Assembly (NCBI RefSeq): GCF_037042905.1
Contig: NC_087262.1
Span: 16,182,001-16,246,000, forward strand
Reading direction: 5' to 3'
Length of the DNA stretch: 64,000 bases
Origin: Lytechinus pictus
Lineage: Eukaryota
Below, in pieces: positions 34,343 to 48,000 of the stretch (the first letter of the stretch is position 1; each line of letters starts with the position of its first letter). Below the pieces are notes generated by a model that was not told the origin of the DNA, did not search any database, and saw only the letters and a program-made list of their open reading frames with translations. Position numbers and translations under genes: made by a program.

Positions 34343-37300
34343 CTGTAGAGGTTTAGGGTGGGGCAGCAAGAAGAGGGAGGTTTGGTGGGATAGGTTAGGA
34401 TGAAGGAAATCATTGAAGAAAGAAATGCCCAAAGCCTTTACTGTTTGAACTGTCAGTGGTAGCAACTGCAATACAAAACTGAATTGCTATTAACTCATTC
34501 ATCTACTCTACCAGTATACTACAATTAAGATGAAGTTTCTCATACTTCACAATGGCACTATATACACTATCATTAATTACATAAAAGCCTACAATATCAG
34601 TATATCACAATTAATATATTTTAATGATTATCATGTCAGCTGATTGATTCAGTCTTTTCTACCATACACAGGATTAAAAAGACATAAGGGGCCCATTTCA
34701 TAAAGGAATTTGATTATAATTACTTTGAAAACAATGGTAACTACCATGGTGATAGAGATCTTATCAGCTAATCAAACACAAGGTTTCCATGGCAGTTACC
34801 ATAACAACAAAGGTACTATAATCGTATGTATTTGTGAAAAGAACCCAAGAACAGTGAAAGAATGAATGTGACAATTACAAATGAAGAACGAACAGAATTT
34901 TCATGGAGATCACAAATCTAATAAAATAATGCATTTTTGTTATAAAAATAATACAATGTACTAGCATGTTCATGTGCTTGCAAGTAATAAGTTCTCATAC
35001 TGGATGTTGTATGTACATGTATGATATCACGGTCATCAAGTGGAATGTATGTACAGGTATTTGATTAATTTGAAGAAATATTGTCCATTTCAATATGAAA
35101 AATATATGCAAAGCAAATTCAAATAATCTTATAGCAAGTAGAGTGATGAAATATAAATTATACATATTAGTGTAGAAGAAGCTTGACCAAAGTCAATAAA
35201 ATGAAATTTGGGCTAGATTGATCAATTACATATTTCAATTTAAATCAATACTCAAACATAATATAATGATTGGATAAAAACATTCAGGTATTGCACTAAC
35301 TTATACAGTACAAATTGCAGGATTTGCAATAAAGTTTTGCACAACTGTAATCCACAAAATTTGTTGTTCCGCTGTCTTGAAATATTTTTTGCATTTAATT
35401 GAATTTTATGGTAGACGTAATCTATCCTTGATATAAGATCTAATCTTGTAAATGGACAGTAAGTGTCCTATGTCCTTGTTGATAATGGAATGTTCCGTTC
35501 AATGGATCAATTCTAGTTGTAAAATAATGAAAATTCACAAATTGAGAGGGATTGGAAAATAGGGTGATGGGAAAATAGAGTTATGGAAATGGTTATAAAG
35601 AAAAGAAATGAAATTAAATTGAGATATAAAAATGTATATGTATAAGGATTGAAAACAGATCAGGATATTTTTTAGCAGAGGTGATTAATTTTAAGAATGA
35701 AATGGACAAGAAAGGAGGTTCCACCATAAAGTTAAACAAATGAGTTATTAGGTGAGAAATATAAAACAGAAAGAAAAGGAATTAAAATGAACATTACATT
35801 ACGATTGTCACTTGTGTAAGGTTAGAGGAATCTGACAAAACACCTTAATTCAAACTAAGATATAATGTACTCACATATTCTATTAATTTAATCAGAAAAT
35901 AAATTAGTATTATGTGAACATAATTTGACTTAAAGGGGAATCCAGCCTTGGCCATTAAATGTTGTGTTGGGAAGGAGAAAAACTAATTAAACAGAATGGT
36001 GAAAGTTTGAAAGAAATCGGACAAGCAATAAGAAAGTTATAGCTGCTTTAAAATTGAGATCACTAATACTATGTAGATTTCAAATTGGCAACTGGATAAG
36101 TAAATTATGACAAGGGGCAAGGACAACTTTCCCATACGCCATGTACTTTATTATCAGGGATTAGTGGTTTTCTCCTAAGTACCCATTCCCCTGGGGCAGT
36201 AATCTAAATATAACCCAGGTAGTATATTGTTTTATGTCCTCATGAAAGAAAAATATTAATTTGAAATAAAACTTTTGGGAAAAATGACATTTTAGCCACA
36301 ATATGTATTGGAGTACATGGAAGAGTAGTCCTTGCCTTACATCACTATGACATCCCATATACGGCCAATTTGAAGTCTCCATGGGTATAGTGATTACCAA
36401 TATTTACAACTTTTAAAAATTCATAACTTTCTTGTTGTTTGTCCAATATTGTTCAAACTTTCACCTATCAACTTGTCTGATTTATATTTTCCTTATAAAA
36501 ACAAAGTTTTATTTGGGTTGGATTCCCCTTTAATGTTATACCACCTATCAAATCCTCATATTAAATTTTACATTGACACTTAAATACAATGATTACTGAA
36601 AACATATTTTTAGCTGTGTTTGCGATGGTGGTGTTAAGTGTCTGTCCAGACATATTGAAATACTATGTAAAAATATTACAGCACAGTCCACAAAATATGA
36701 TCACGTAGATTGTGGTAAACAATCCTTTGGCTTTTAGAATGCCAAATACTTACTGTTCTCTATCTCTGTAGGTGTTGTGGATTCCTTGTCGATCTCGTTT
36801 CTGGATCTGATCGGCGAGTTGACGTCTTCTCTCGTGATCCATCTGTCTACTCTCTAGCTGTTCCCTGGCCATGTCCTCAGAGCACGTTTCAGCCATTCTC
36901 CTCTGATTAAAAAAAAGACATAAGAGGAATCTTCTTTAATTGGTTTTAATTTTTACTTAATTCATTTATGGGGGTGCAACGTGAGAGTTCAAGTGATTAA
37001 GATAATGATATTTTGTTGATTTGTCTTTCTATTTGGGATTGAGCAGGAGATCTTTTGAAATAATAGGATGGGGGCGAGGTGTCAGGATACTTAACAATTT
37101 GGAAGCCTTTTTTTAATTTTGTCTTTAAATTACACAAAAATATGAATTCAATATCTGAATATCATCTTCAATTTTGTTATCTATGATAAATATTGATAAA
37201 ACTTTGCTTGTTAACTTTTGCAAATGGCTGTTTAAAATCGATTGTCCAGACACACAACTGGATAAATTAATTGTAACATGATTATATTCTTATTACAAAT

Positions 37301-37925
37301 ATTAGTCAAGATCTATTTTTGCAACAGCCACCCAAACTGAAACATAATATATAAGGGTTAGGGTAGCTGTCACAACAGCCACCCATACAAACTGAAACAT
37401 AATATATAAGGGTTAGGGTAGCTGTCACAAAATGAACTCTTTCCCACACCTGCATTAAGTAGTATACCCAGTTGTTGTGTGTCCGGACAGGTTGTGTGTC
37501 CGGACGATCAATTTTAGAAAGTAATTTGGAAAAATTTACAAGCGAAGTTTCATCAATTTTTAGTTCAAAATGTTAGGAAATATTAGAGAGAACAAAATTG
37601 AAGATGATTATAACTATTGAATTCATATTTTTAGTGTAATCCAAAGACAAAAAAGAAGGCTTCAAAAATATAAAGTGTCCGGACACCCGATCCCCCATCC
37701 TACATTGCTATAGCGACAATCATTTCTGTAAGCCATTCAGCCTATGACCTATGTTAAATTCGCGCACACACACACATGACATGGACATGGTCAAGCAAAA
37801 AAAAAAGCAGAATGTAAACAAACATATTTTACCTCTTCATCAGCAAATTTATTCTTAGCTGCTAATTGTCTGTCGATGACACGTTGCTTCCTTAAAGCCT
37901 CCCAGTGGTACTGTTGTTGACTCAT
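34156..37925 (-). CDS. Uncharacterised 142-aa charged alpha-helical protein, candidate ciliary/axonemal protein; exons 37925-37833, 36902-36754, 34342-34156
   Basis: AAAACAATG start context; donors GAG|GTAAAA and CA|GTAAGT; acceptors ATCAG and TACAG; phases 0 and 2 join in frame to give MSQQQYHWEALRKQRVIDRQLAAKNKFADEERRMAETCSEDMAREQLESRQMDHERRRQLADQIQKRDRQGIHNTYRDREQTIQRLVSERTWHDDLIAKMDQKEKDDMLKDLLRDHAQKSKILRDRGLYRGDAKFFIDPQYN*. Exons are GC-richer than the flanking introns. Confidence 0.85.
35934..36529. mobile_element. Kolobok-like MITE (AGGGGAATCC family)
   Basis: TTAA|AGGGGAATCCAGCC ... GGGTTGGATTCCCCT|TTAA. Confidence 0.85.
36754..36902 (-). CDS. Orphan gene exon 2
   Basis: RRMAETCSEDMAREQ...YRDRE; donor GTAAGT. 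Confidence 0.85.
37322..37429. repeat. Tandem duplication, ~52-bp unit x2
   Basis: CAACAGCCACCC...AAACTGAAACATAATATATAAGGGTTAGGGTAGCTGTCA repeated. Confidence 0.85.
37833..37925 (-). CDS. Orphan gene exon 1
   Basis: MSQQQYHWEALRKQRVIDRQLAAKNKFADEE; donor GTAAAA. Confidence 0.8.
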
Positions 37926-38041
37926 TGTTTTAATTTAATGATGAATGATATTATGCCGATTAAAGGTGGAAATTAATGCCCTGATCGATCCTGTCCACAT
38001 CAGATCGAGTTGCTGGCGAGCTTCCGGGTTCTGCTTGGGTA

Positions 38042-38055
38042 CTCGCTATGGCAAC
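38042..38055. promoter_or_regulatory. RFX X-box-like motif upstream of the orphan gene
   Basis: CTCGCTATGGCAAC matches 13/14 positions of GTNRCYATRGYAAC, about 120 bp upstream of the ATG; NRF1/P3A2-like GCGCATGCG at 38065-38073 nearby. Confidence 0.55.
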
Positions 38056-38932
38056 GTGATTATAGCGCATGCGTAGAGAAGTCGATCTCGATAACAAGGG
38101 TAAAGAACTTCGGCAACAGGCTATGTGCGTTGAGGCGAGGCAGAATAGAAAGTGGTATTACGAGGGTGGGGCCGGAATTTGGGGTGGAATAACACGCCAG
38201 GCCTGGGATGGAGTTAGGGTGCTTGAAGGTGTTTTATATTCAGCAGATCGAAAAATGGGAAGATATGCTGAACTAAGAATAAATTGGTGTTACAATGTTC
38301 TTGGGGTATAGGGCAGGCATGTCATGCTGCTTTTGTGGAGTCCAGATGGTCGCCGCAGGGGGTCATATAGAAAGAGAGGGGCGCCATTCTGGATTGGAGG
38401 CAAACATCCAAAGGTGCCCACCTGTATTTGGGGGAGGGGGCTCTGTAAAAATGGTAATTGGGGTCATACTCATATTTTTTTCCAGGGGATGCAGGGGTTA
38501 AACTTTTTTTTTTTGACAGGGCATTATTAGCGAAATTGAAGGATTTGGTTCACAATTTTGGTGAAATTAAAGATTTTTAGCAAAATCGTGTAACTTTTCT
38601 TAATTTGGGGTTCGGGGATCGGGAGGGCAACTGAACCACGGCATATCCATATAGCTACATCGGAGGAGCAAACTTATTTGACCTTCCCCTCCATTTCACT
38701 TTGCTATGATAAAAACAATATAACTTGCTTAAGATATGATGCCAAGAAAGATGACAGTAATTCTTTGATGTAAAAAAAAGTGTGCCTCCTTTAAAAATAT
38801 ACAAGGAACACCGCGACGAATGAGATTTTGTTTTCATGCTAAAGTTCGCGTTTTGGAGAACCTATTTGTTTATTTTACAAGGTTGTAATACTTTTATTTC
38901 TTGCCACGGGCAGGCATTTTATTTTACAATAA

Positions 38933-39466
38933 AGGTAAAGTCCGGCCCCCCCAAAAAAGTTGATTTGAATCAATAGAGAAAAAATCAAATAAGCATAATA
39001 CGGATGTAAAATAAGAAAGTTGTTTTGCTTATTTTTCACAAAAGAGTTATACGCACAATTCAGAGATATGCAAATGAGAGAGTCGATGACTCGGAGGTCG
39101 CTCACTCACTATTTCTTTTGTTTCTTATTGTTTGAATTCTACAATATATCAATTTTTAGAGATTTTACAATGATGACCCATTTGTTTTAACCAAAAAACG
39201 CACATTTTCAAGGAATAAAACTTTGTTTCACATGGCAATGAGAAAATTAGAATATTTAATATTTCATATAATAAAAAAGAAATAGTGAGTGGATGATGTC
39301 ATCAGTCTCCCATTTACATACTGACCGGGAGTGTGAATATAACAAATTTTTTTAATTAAGCGAAATTAAAAATGTCATAACTTTCTTATTTTACATGAAA
39401 TTTTCAGTGTTTTGCATGTTTGATTTTTCTCTTTTTATTCAAACCAACTTTTTGTTGGGGTGGACA
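38933..39466. mobile_element. Degenerate Kolobok-like MITE
   Basis: Internal sequence shared with the 20500-21061 family; ends in GGGGTGGAC. Confidence 0.7.
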
Positions 39467-42400
39467 CTAGCAATGTTAAACGTACAGCTTGAGCTTCCGG
39501 TACCACTCTGCTTTTAAAACCACATCAGAGCGATCCATGAATTTATAAGCTTCAAAAATAGGTTTCATTGTGCTTCTCACCAGCATGCATCATCTGACGT
39601 CAAACAATGTGAGCAGTCTTGATTACATACATTTGTCAATGATATCAATTTTCTTGTTCCAATCACAAATTCATTTTTTTTATTTGCAGAGGAAAGCGAC
39701 ACTAAAAATATGCTTGAATATAAAATACCGGTTGTGGTAACGGTTTAAAAACGAGTTTTATACAGGGACAGAATCTACTTAAATGATCAAAGAGTTATGA
39801 TTGATCCAATCAATCGTAACTGTGGAAATCCATCGAAGTCATTTTTTTACAGGAAATCTGCACTGTCCTTTGTAAAAATAAGAGAAGCACAGTGAATTTT
39901 CAAGAAAAAATGGAATGCATGAATATACATCATAGCTAGAAAATATTTTGAACAAACATGCATAATAGCTGTTGACATTGCTGGCCGTCCATAATTGTGA
40001 TTGATTGGATCAATCGCAACTCTTTGTAAGACGGGGCCCAGGTGTCTGCAGGCATGGATAAAAATGTGTGCCAAAGTATAATAAATTGTGTTAATTACTG
40101 AGAAATTAGCAAAATAAGCATAACCTTCAGCCATTTTGTCAGGGCCACTTTTCATAAAGGCTTGTTAGAGTAACAGATGCACAGTTTCTATAATAACAAA
40201 ATGTACCATCAGCCAGATGGATTTCAGTAGCTTCTATCATTGCCAGTTTCTTATTGTAACAAGTTTTATGAACGGGCCATTAGTCTTTTTCGAGAACGAA
40301 ATCAATTGCAACAAATTTAATCAACTTTTCTATTTGAGCACACACACTAAGATGTGAAAGAATTTTGGCTGGTGTGGTTATTTTCAAAATCTGCTACTTT
40401 GGGTTTCTAAACCAAAATACTTGGCTGGCAAAAGGCAGAAATGATAAAAATTTCAATGTTTTTTGTAGATAATTCAATTTCTCTTTTCACTTTGGAAGGG
40501 ATCTTTAAACTTGTAAATAATGATGACCCATCTATTTGTCATTTTATATTCATTTCATATTGCCTGCACATGTCTCGATCAAATCATCTCAACTTGACAC
40601 TTATTGGAAACTCAACAAAAAGCAAGACCAGACAATATTTATTTTTGCATTAATAACTGTTCTGTTTTATTGTCACGAATCCTGTCGGAATTATGTATTT
40701 TGTCTAATAATCAATCATCGAGGAAAACCTACCCATTCTGGTTGATATAAAACTTCCATGAGCCGGGGATCCCATTTTACACAAAAAAGAACAAAAATAT
40801 GAAAAGCTGAAAACTATGTATACTTTATTCCCCAGCACATGAAAGTTTGAAGATCTACCAAATATGAAGGGCTCCCTCTAAGTACAAAGGTATGTAGTGG
40901 TGTGCAGATGACATGGTTTGACCAATAAGTTTAACATACGAGATTAACGGCATACATCACCCTTACATTGAGTGATCCGACGTTTGATTTAAAAATTGCA
41001 CACACGCTATTATTACATGAAGAGCTGTTCATACCAGGCTCTATTATGAACAAATACATCAAAGTCACTTCCTCCACTCACTCACTTCTAATGTGAACAG
41101 GGACGACTATAATATTAGCTTTCTGGTATCAAAGTAATCCTCTTCAGACCTCATTAACATGCATTTGGTGAAAGAGTGTAAGTAAGCAACATACAACAAA
41201 GGGCTACACTACGGAAAAACACATGAAATGGACTAGGCAATGCCTTTTGTAAAGGAAGAAAGAAACCACAATGGAGCAATGTGTACTGATGTATCGGAAC
41301 AAAGACGGAAACAACAAAACTTGGACAGATGTACTCGAGAGCTGCACCCCGACGAGTGAGCGAACATTACATGCAAAAAGTACATCTCCTTGTGATCAAA
41401 AAAGGAATGCAGGTTTGCCATTCACAAAATTACTAATCCTGTTTTCAAAATACCATCAGGATCATCTCAATTATTAATTTTCTCTTTTTTTTTAATTTCC
41501 TATCATGAAAAAAACTGTACATAATTTAAACAAATTCACATGCTGGCACTGTATCAAAAAGAAATTATAACAAAGACTTCTCAAAATATGCTCACTTACT
41601 TGCTATTTATTTTCCAAAACATTTGGCACACTTTCGTAAAAATGAAACAAAAAATGGGGGGCTGGATGTGCCAAATGTTTTGGAAACTTATTCAAATTCT
41701 GACAAAACGATTTCATAGGCAAGTTAAGCTGCTTTTAATGGATGAAACTGTACAATTTGCTAGGCATTCAAAAAGTGACCTGACAACAATAAAATATCTC
41801 AATTTCAAGAGCTCATTGTCCTTTGGAAACACATACTTAAAGTTTGAGATATTCCAAGCGGAGGTGTGACTGATACTCTCTTTTACCACCGTTATTATAC
41901 TACACAACATCATGACGAGATGAAAGTATCATACAACGTAACAGATCCAAGGAACGTGAAGAGGATAAATAACATGAAGACGTGAAAAGAATGTGTAATG
42001 AGAGGAAAAAGATGAGAAATATTTTTACAATGACATTCAATTCATCTTTCTTGTAGAAGTCTCCTAAATGACACCCCATCACACACATATCATCAAATTC
42101 CATCTTCACATAACCTCCATAGATAGTGGACTTATGAATAGATTAGATTAGATAAGTAACAGTGCATTAATTTATCATAATAAACGACCCTCTCTTATAG
42201 ACACTAATTACAAGCAAGGTAGCGAATCAATAGTCTAGATATTAAAGAACAAGCGACCTCGTCTCAGTCTGATGAAACAGAGTAATTTCATCATGTACTT
42301 GTTCCGATCTTGCGCTAAGAAAACAAGGAAACTTATAAATCGAAGCTTATAACAAAATATTGGGAAGAACCATGGAGTATACGGCATATGCAGGACTTTG

Positions 42401-44830
42401 AGCGAGGGAGAACTTAGTATTGATCTTCTTAACCACTGACTACGAAAATAACTGTAATTCTGTAAATTTTGGACAGGCAGAAAAATGGCTTTTGTATATT
42501 TTTATTTTAAGCAATTATCCTCCTTAAACTACTGAAGTTAATGGATGAACATCACAAAGGGTATTTTCGTCTTAATTTTTAATAGTAGTAATAGTATTTA
42601 CATCATAACTTCCGATATAAATATCCAGCAAATAAATCTAAAACTTCTTCAAATTCCATGGCCTTTATTCCATGAAGCGGACTAACTTAATGCTCTCCAG
42701 GGTCCAGTGACACAAAGGTTTGCGGTCAATTGTGACTTTGAAGAAGAAGCCCGATTGGCTATTTGTCAGTCTTCTGAACCAATTATCCATGCAACAATGA
42801 TCTCAATTGGTCCTTACCAAGTGCAATTGATTGGGAACCTTTAACTCACTGGGTCCAGTCTGAAAATACCAAGTGCTAGGGCACACACTGAAGAAAGAAA
42901 ACCTTCTTCTGTAATGTAGCCATTGATAAAAGTAGTAAACCAGGTCATAGACAGAATGAAAAAACCAGTCGTATGACAAGATTACTATCTGTTTAGTAAC
43001 ACAGTGATACATGTATGTTTTTCATCAATAAAGAGAAATTGTGGCACTCAATAATCAGTGGTCGGATACAGGTTAGACACACAATGATTCAGTTAGTCCG
43101 CTTTGTGGAATGAACAACTAACCGGCCAAAATATTTGAAGTGTTCTTCCTGAGGCATCAAAGTCTTTCCTGACACAGTGTGCATCCATACACTCTCGATA
43201 TCGCTCTCTCAAACACCAATCACACTCACTCATCAAGCTCAGGTCAAGAACATTAAAGCAATACATGACATTCTTTCCTACAAAGTATTCAACATGCTAT
43301 GCTAGGCATGCAGGTATCATCGAAAAGAGCAAAAATGCCCCATAGGCATAGTGACCATGTTCTCCCCAAAATAAAGATGCTTGGAATAAGAATAAAAGCA
43401 AAAAGAGGAATAATTTTTCTTTAAAAAACAGTGATGATTGGCAGCCACATATGAAACAGATACAACGCATACTGTTCTCAGCACACACAATTCCTATTAC
43501 ATCATACTTTTAAATTTTTTGATATAATTGCTAATACTCTTGATTAAATTGAACCGAACCTGTTCCCTTTTTGACCTGCTTTTTTTATCCTTCTTTTTCT
43601 TTTGAACGATTTATACTCTCATTAATCTACAAGGCACCGAGGCATAAACCAGGAGAGTTTCACAATTATCAACCAGTAAGACCGAGTCAATTTGGATATC
43701 GAACATGGACGTGTCTCCACAATCAGACACTATATGATTAGTCTGATAAATACTGTTAGAAGTCTCTTAATGCTAATATTACATCATGATTACGATATAA
43801 TTTATTAAAGTCAATCATTTCTTCCTTATAAAATAAATCTTTCAGAAATGCTGTGACTGATGGAAAATTCCAACAGTCACAGCTGTTGTCTCTTCTGTAT
43901 TTATTTTGAGGGTGATCTTTTCTACCGAGGAATAAATATCTGTCTCTGAAATTAAGCAATACTCTATTAAATGGCACATATACAACTGTTAAATGGAATA
44001 AATTATCACAAGAGTATTGTTTAACTCAAATTTTTAAAAGTTCAAAATAGCCGGACATGATACCCAAATTGACTCGATTGTTAGGAACCCTGAAAAGAAA
44101 AACATAAAATGAAGTCAACACTGTGTCCTTTGGCATAAGAAGCATATCAGAAAAATGAGTTATGATGACTTCTCCAAAACAGACACAATACAAAAGAATC
44201 CCCTTTCCTATTACCCCCCCCCCCACCCCACCTGTTGTCCATTCTAGGTTTATACAGTACATAACACATAACACTGGACTAACAATCACATGACGACATA
44301 AATGATATACATCGGGAAAAGCAAGAAAATAAATCTATTTATCATATGAACGGGGCACAACGTCATGACAGATTATTAAAATATACCCCTTAATTGCAAT
44401 TCTCAGTACTAGACTATCACAAGTTTCAAAAGAAATATCAAGTTTTGTTTGCATACATACAGTAATCCTATCTCCCAAGACACCTGACAAAGAAAATCAC
44501 TGTTCCTGTTTCGATGAGATTCTTTATTTCAGGAATCGTGCACAGCCCGGTGCACATACCATGGCATCACAATCTTGTGTGAAATCGTATCTCCCCCAAG
44601 ATAATATACGTGATCTGAACCAGAATGTGGGTCAGATTTGATGCATTCCACCTTCTAAGAGACACACACAGTTAAAATTCATATACCCCAATTTTATAAT
44701 CAATCCCTTTGTACACCAGGTACCGTAGTAAGCTATGCTTGATCACACTGAAGCAAGTGTTGGGATTACCATAGCTAGTTTCTAATATCTCCCTTTGCTG
44801 ACCCCTACCCTTCCCCTGTGTCTGTCCCAT

Positions 44831-45046
44831 CTAGCGTTGTGGGTTGTAGTTACGTCCACCACCACCACCTCCTTTGCCGACACCACCGCCGGTGCTGCCA
44901 CGTCCTCCATCACGTCCCTGGGGTCCCCCACGGGATGGTCCACCACTTCCGGGCCTCAGGTCACTGCGGGGGAGACGAGGTGGCCTCATCTCACGATTTT
45001 TCTTTTCCTCAACGTTCAAGCGATGTTCGCCGCGGAGCAGGATTGG
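44831..45046 (-). CDS. G3BP: G3BP exon 9 (RGG tail)
   Basis: [18 protein letters not shown]...[10 protein letters not shown]. Confidence 0.94.
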   Translation of the reverse strand, partial: PILLRGEHRLNVEEKKNREMRPPRLPRSDLRPGSGGPSRGGPQGRDGGRGSTGGGVGKGGGGGGRNYNPQR

Positions 45047-48000
45047 CTGAAAGAGGCATAAACAAATTTGACAATACATATAACAAATGAATTAGAAGAG
45101 GTGATTAAACAATGTGAATAATTAGTAGAATATCACTGCCAAATCATGGCCGCCATGAAAGAGGAACAAATTACTAAGAAAATTCCAGATATAGGATTGG
45201 TTTTTCAAAGACACTGCAACCACAAAGGGAAATTTCTAAATTCTATTTTCAATACTACAGAAAAAATTCTCACAAAAATAGGAATGCACGGGTTAAAATG
45301 GCAATTCTGTCTCCCTAAACGGGAATGTTCAGTCAATATGAACACTCGGTAGGCATGCCCTGATGCAATGATTTGTCTAACAGATGTTACAAAAAAACAT
45401 GGAGGGCAAGGGGTCTTGCACCCATGCCCCTGCCCCCATGATCTTGGCCAATTAATGGACGTTTGCGACGAAAATGAGGACTCGTGTGATTCACCTGCAG
45501 CTTAATCTAATTTATTGAGTAGTCAAAAGCTCCCCCTAAAATCATTATTGTGATAGTTCAGACATGAAAATATTCACCTTTGCCCTCTTCTGCTTGAGGA
45601 TGTTTTCTACTGGCTCAGCATCATCAAATACAATGAAACCGAAGTATGGTAGCTTGGGTCCAGAGTTACGGTTTATCCTCGTGTCAACAACTCTGCCATA
45701 TTCTGCATTGGATGTAATAATATAACCTTCATGTTACAAAGATGAACATATATGTATAATTATACTGTCATAGATCAAGATGTTTGTCATATCGAAGCCA
45801 TCAGAGATTATGAAAAGACAAGATTTGAAGAAACAATTGAACATAAATACATAATAACAACAGTAAAGATCTGAGGCATGAATGTAATACTTAAACAGGA
45901 GTTAAAATAATTTTTTCAAGTCTTGTGACACTTTTGGTATCCAGTTTATGAAAATCAGAAAAGGGTCCGGATTATTTTTATTATATCGGATGAAGTGACC
46001 CTGCAAGGTTTCAGCACCTGTCAAATTTTGCAGTAATTTGGTGATAAAACCTATTGTATAGATCAAAATAGTTTGACAAACCTGAGAAAAAACTCCTGAG
46101 TTCTTTGTCAGTGATGTCCTGCGGCAGGTTGCCGACGAAGAGTTGATGGCTATCTGGGAATCTTGCAGATGATGGCCCCCTTCCCTTGTCAAGCCCATCC
46201 TCAAATCCACGCCTTCCACCACCGCTGCCTCCTCCACCTCCTCCAGCACCACCAGCAGGACCTGGTCCACCAGTCATGCCAGGGTTAGGGCCAGGACCAG
46301 CACCCATCCTTTCTTGGACTCGACGATCCCTTCCCTTGGGTTCCCTCTGAGGGAGGACCTCTTTGCCCCTGGGTGGGGGGTCGCGGGAAAGGGTGGTCAT
46401 GCCTCCGATGGGCTCACTCGGCTTGGGTGCTACTACCTGGCTCTGAAATATAACACAAGTATAAGCCCCTTGATTATCTTCCTTTAAATAGAGCTACCAG
46501 TAAAATGGCACAAGTTATCTATTCCTAACATTTTGTAGGTCATTTATTTACTTTAAAACTATTCAGTGTTTTTAATGTTTAATAAGGTTTTAATGAATTA
46601 TATGCACCCAATTAATAACAATCAACATAAACAAAAGATTACATGCAACTGCTGCCTCTTTTGTAGCAATTTACAACGGTCCAGTTTAATATAAGCAAAA
46701 TAGAAAGATACAAATACAATCAATCTTAAAATGAATTTTTGTAGCAATTTACAACGGTCCAGTTTAATATAAGCAAAATAGAAAGATACAATCAATCTTA
46801 AAATGAATCATAACTATTTATGCTTGCACCAGACCTAACATATGATCCATAGTATTTTAGGCACCTTGTCAATAGAACCACAAGGTCTGGGGTTCAAATC
46901 CCACTTCAGCACCAGCGTCCTTTGGCAAGGCGTTTATCTACATTTGCCACTCTTAACCAAGGTGTAGCAAATGGGTACCCGGTAGGAAGGAATTCCTTGA
47001 ATGCTCGGTGCGCCTGATCAGGGTAGCCGTGCTAAAGCTGGGGTAATAGTATGCAGTGCTTAGCATTTGTATCAAGTGCTATATAAATGTTGCATATTAT
47101 CATTATTACTAATCATCAGTCCTCATATACAAAATCATGTGTACTACAGGAAAGCCGCGACGAGAAGACGCATAGCATCCTAACAGCGGGATTGCTGCTT
47201 AAAGACATGGCACAGACTTTTGACAAGTTTCCTCATAAGGTGCGGAGAAGACTGACTCACCGGTGCTGCCATGGGTTTGCTTGCCAAACCAGAGTTTGGA
47301 GCCGTCTGTCCTCTGGCTCTCTCGGCCCATGAGAATGTCTTGGGTGCTATGAGAAATAATAAATATTGAATGTATAGCTATATACACTAAATACCTGTCC
47401 TTAACTTTTTAGTACAGTTTCAATAATAGGATTAATACTGTACTATTATACATATAATAATAGGAGTGGGCTATACATGGGTCAAAAATACTTTTTTTGT
47501 AATTTCAATATGACAACAGTTTTTTTTCATTCCTTGTAATGTATCTCAACATGAAATGACAATATTTTTTGTCTCGGGTCCGAGAAAAAAGTGTGCCGGG
47601 CCAAAATCCAAAATGGCCGCCAAAACCCCCCAAAATCACAGTTTTGGCCACAACTTTTTTATTTGGTGGTCAATTTCTCTGGTTTTGGTGTCTATTCATA
47701 TGTTTTGGGGGGCAGGCAATTTGTTTTTCCTATAATTAGTACTTTTAAACCATTATTTGTAGAGTTAAAAGGTAATTATACCTAAATTTTCCCATTTTTG
47801 TAGCCTTTTTTCAGCCAAAAAGTAGGTTTTATCATCCTGGGGTTCTGGGATATTAGATGGTACGAGGTCAACAATAGCAAGCAGCTTCATATAGCTATAT
47901 TGCCTTTATTCCTCCACTTTGGGTTTGACGGATATTTGTGAAATATATCTTATTAAATAAAACAATGTCAATTATCCATTGGGGCTATACAGTATACATA

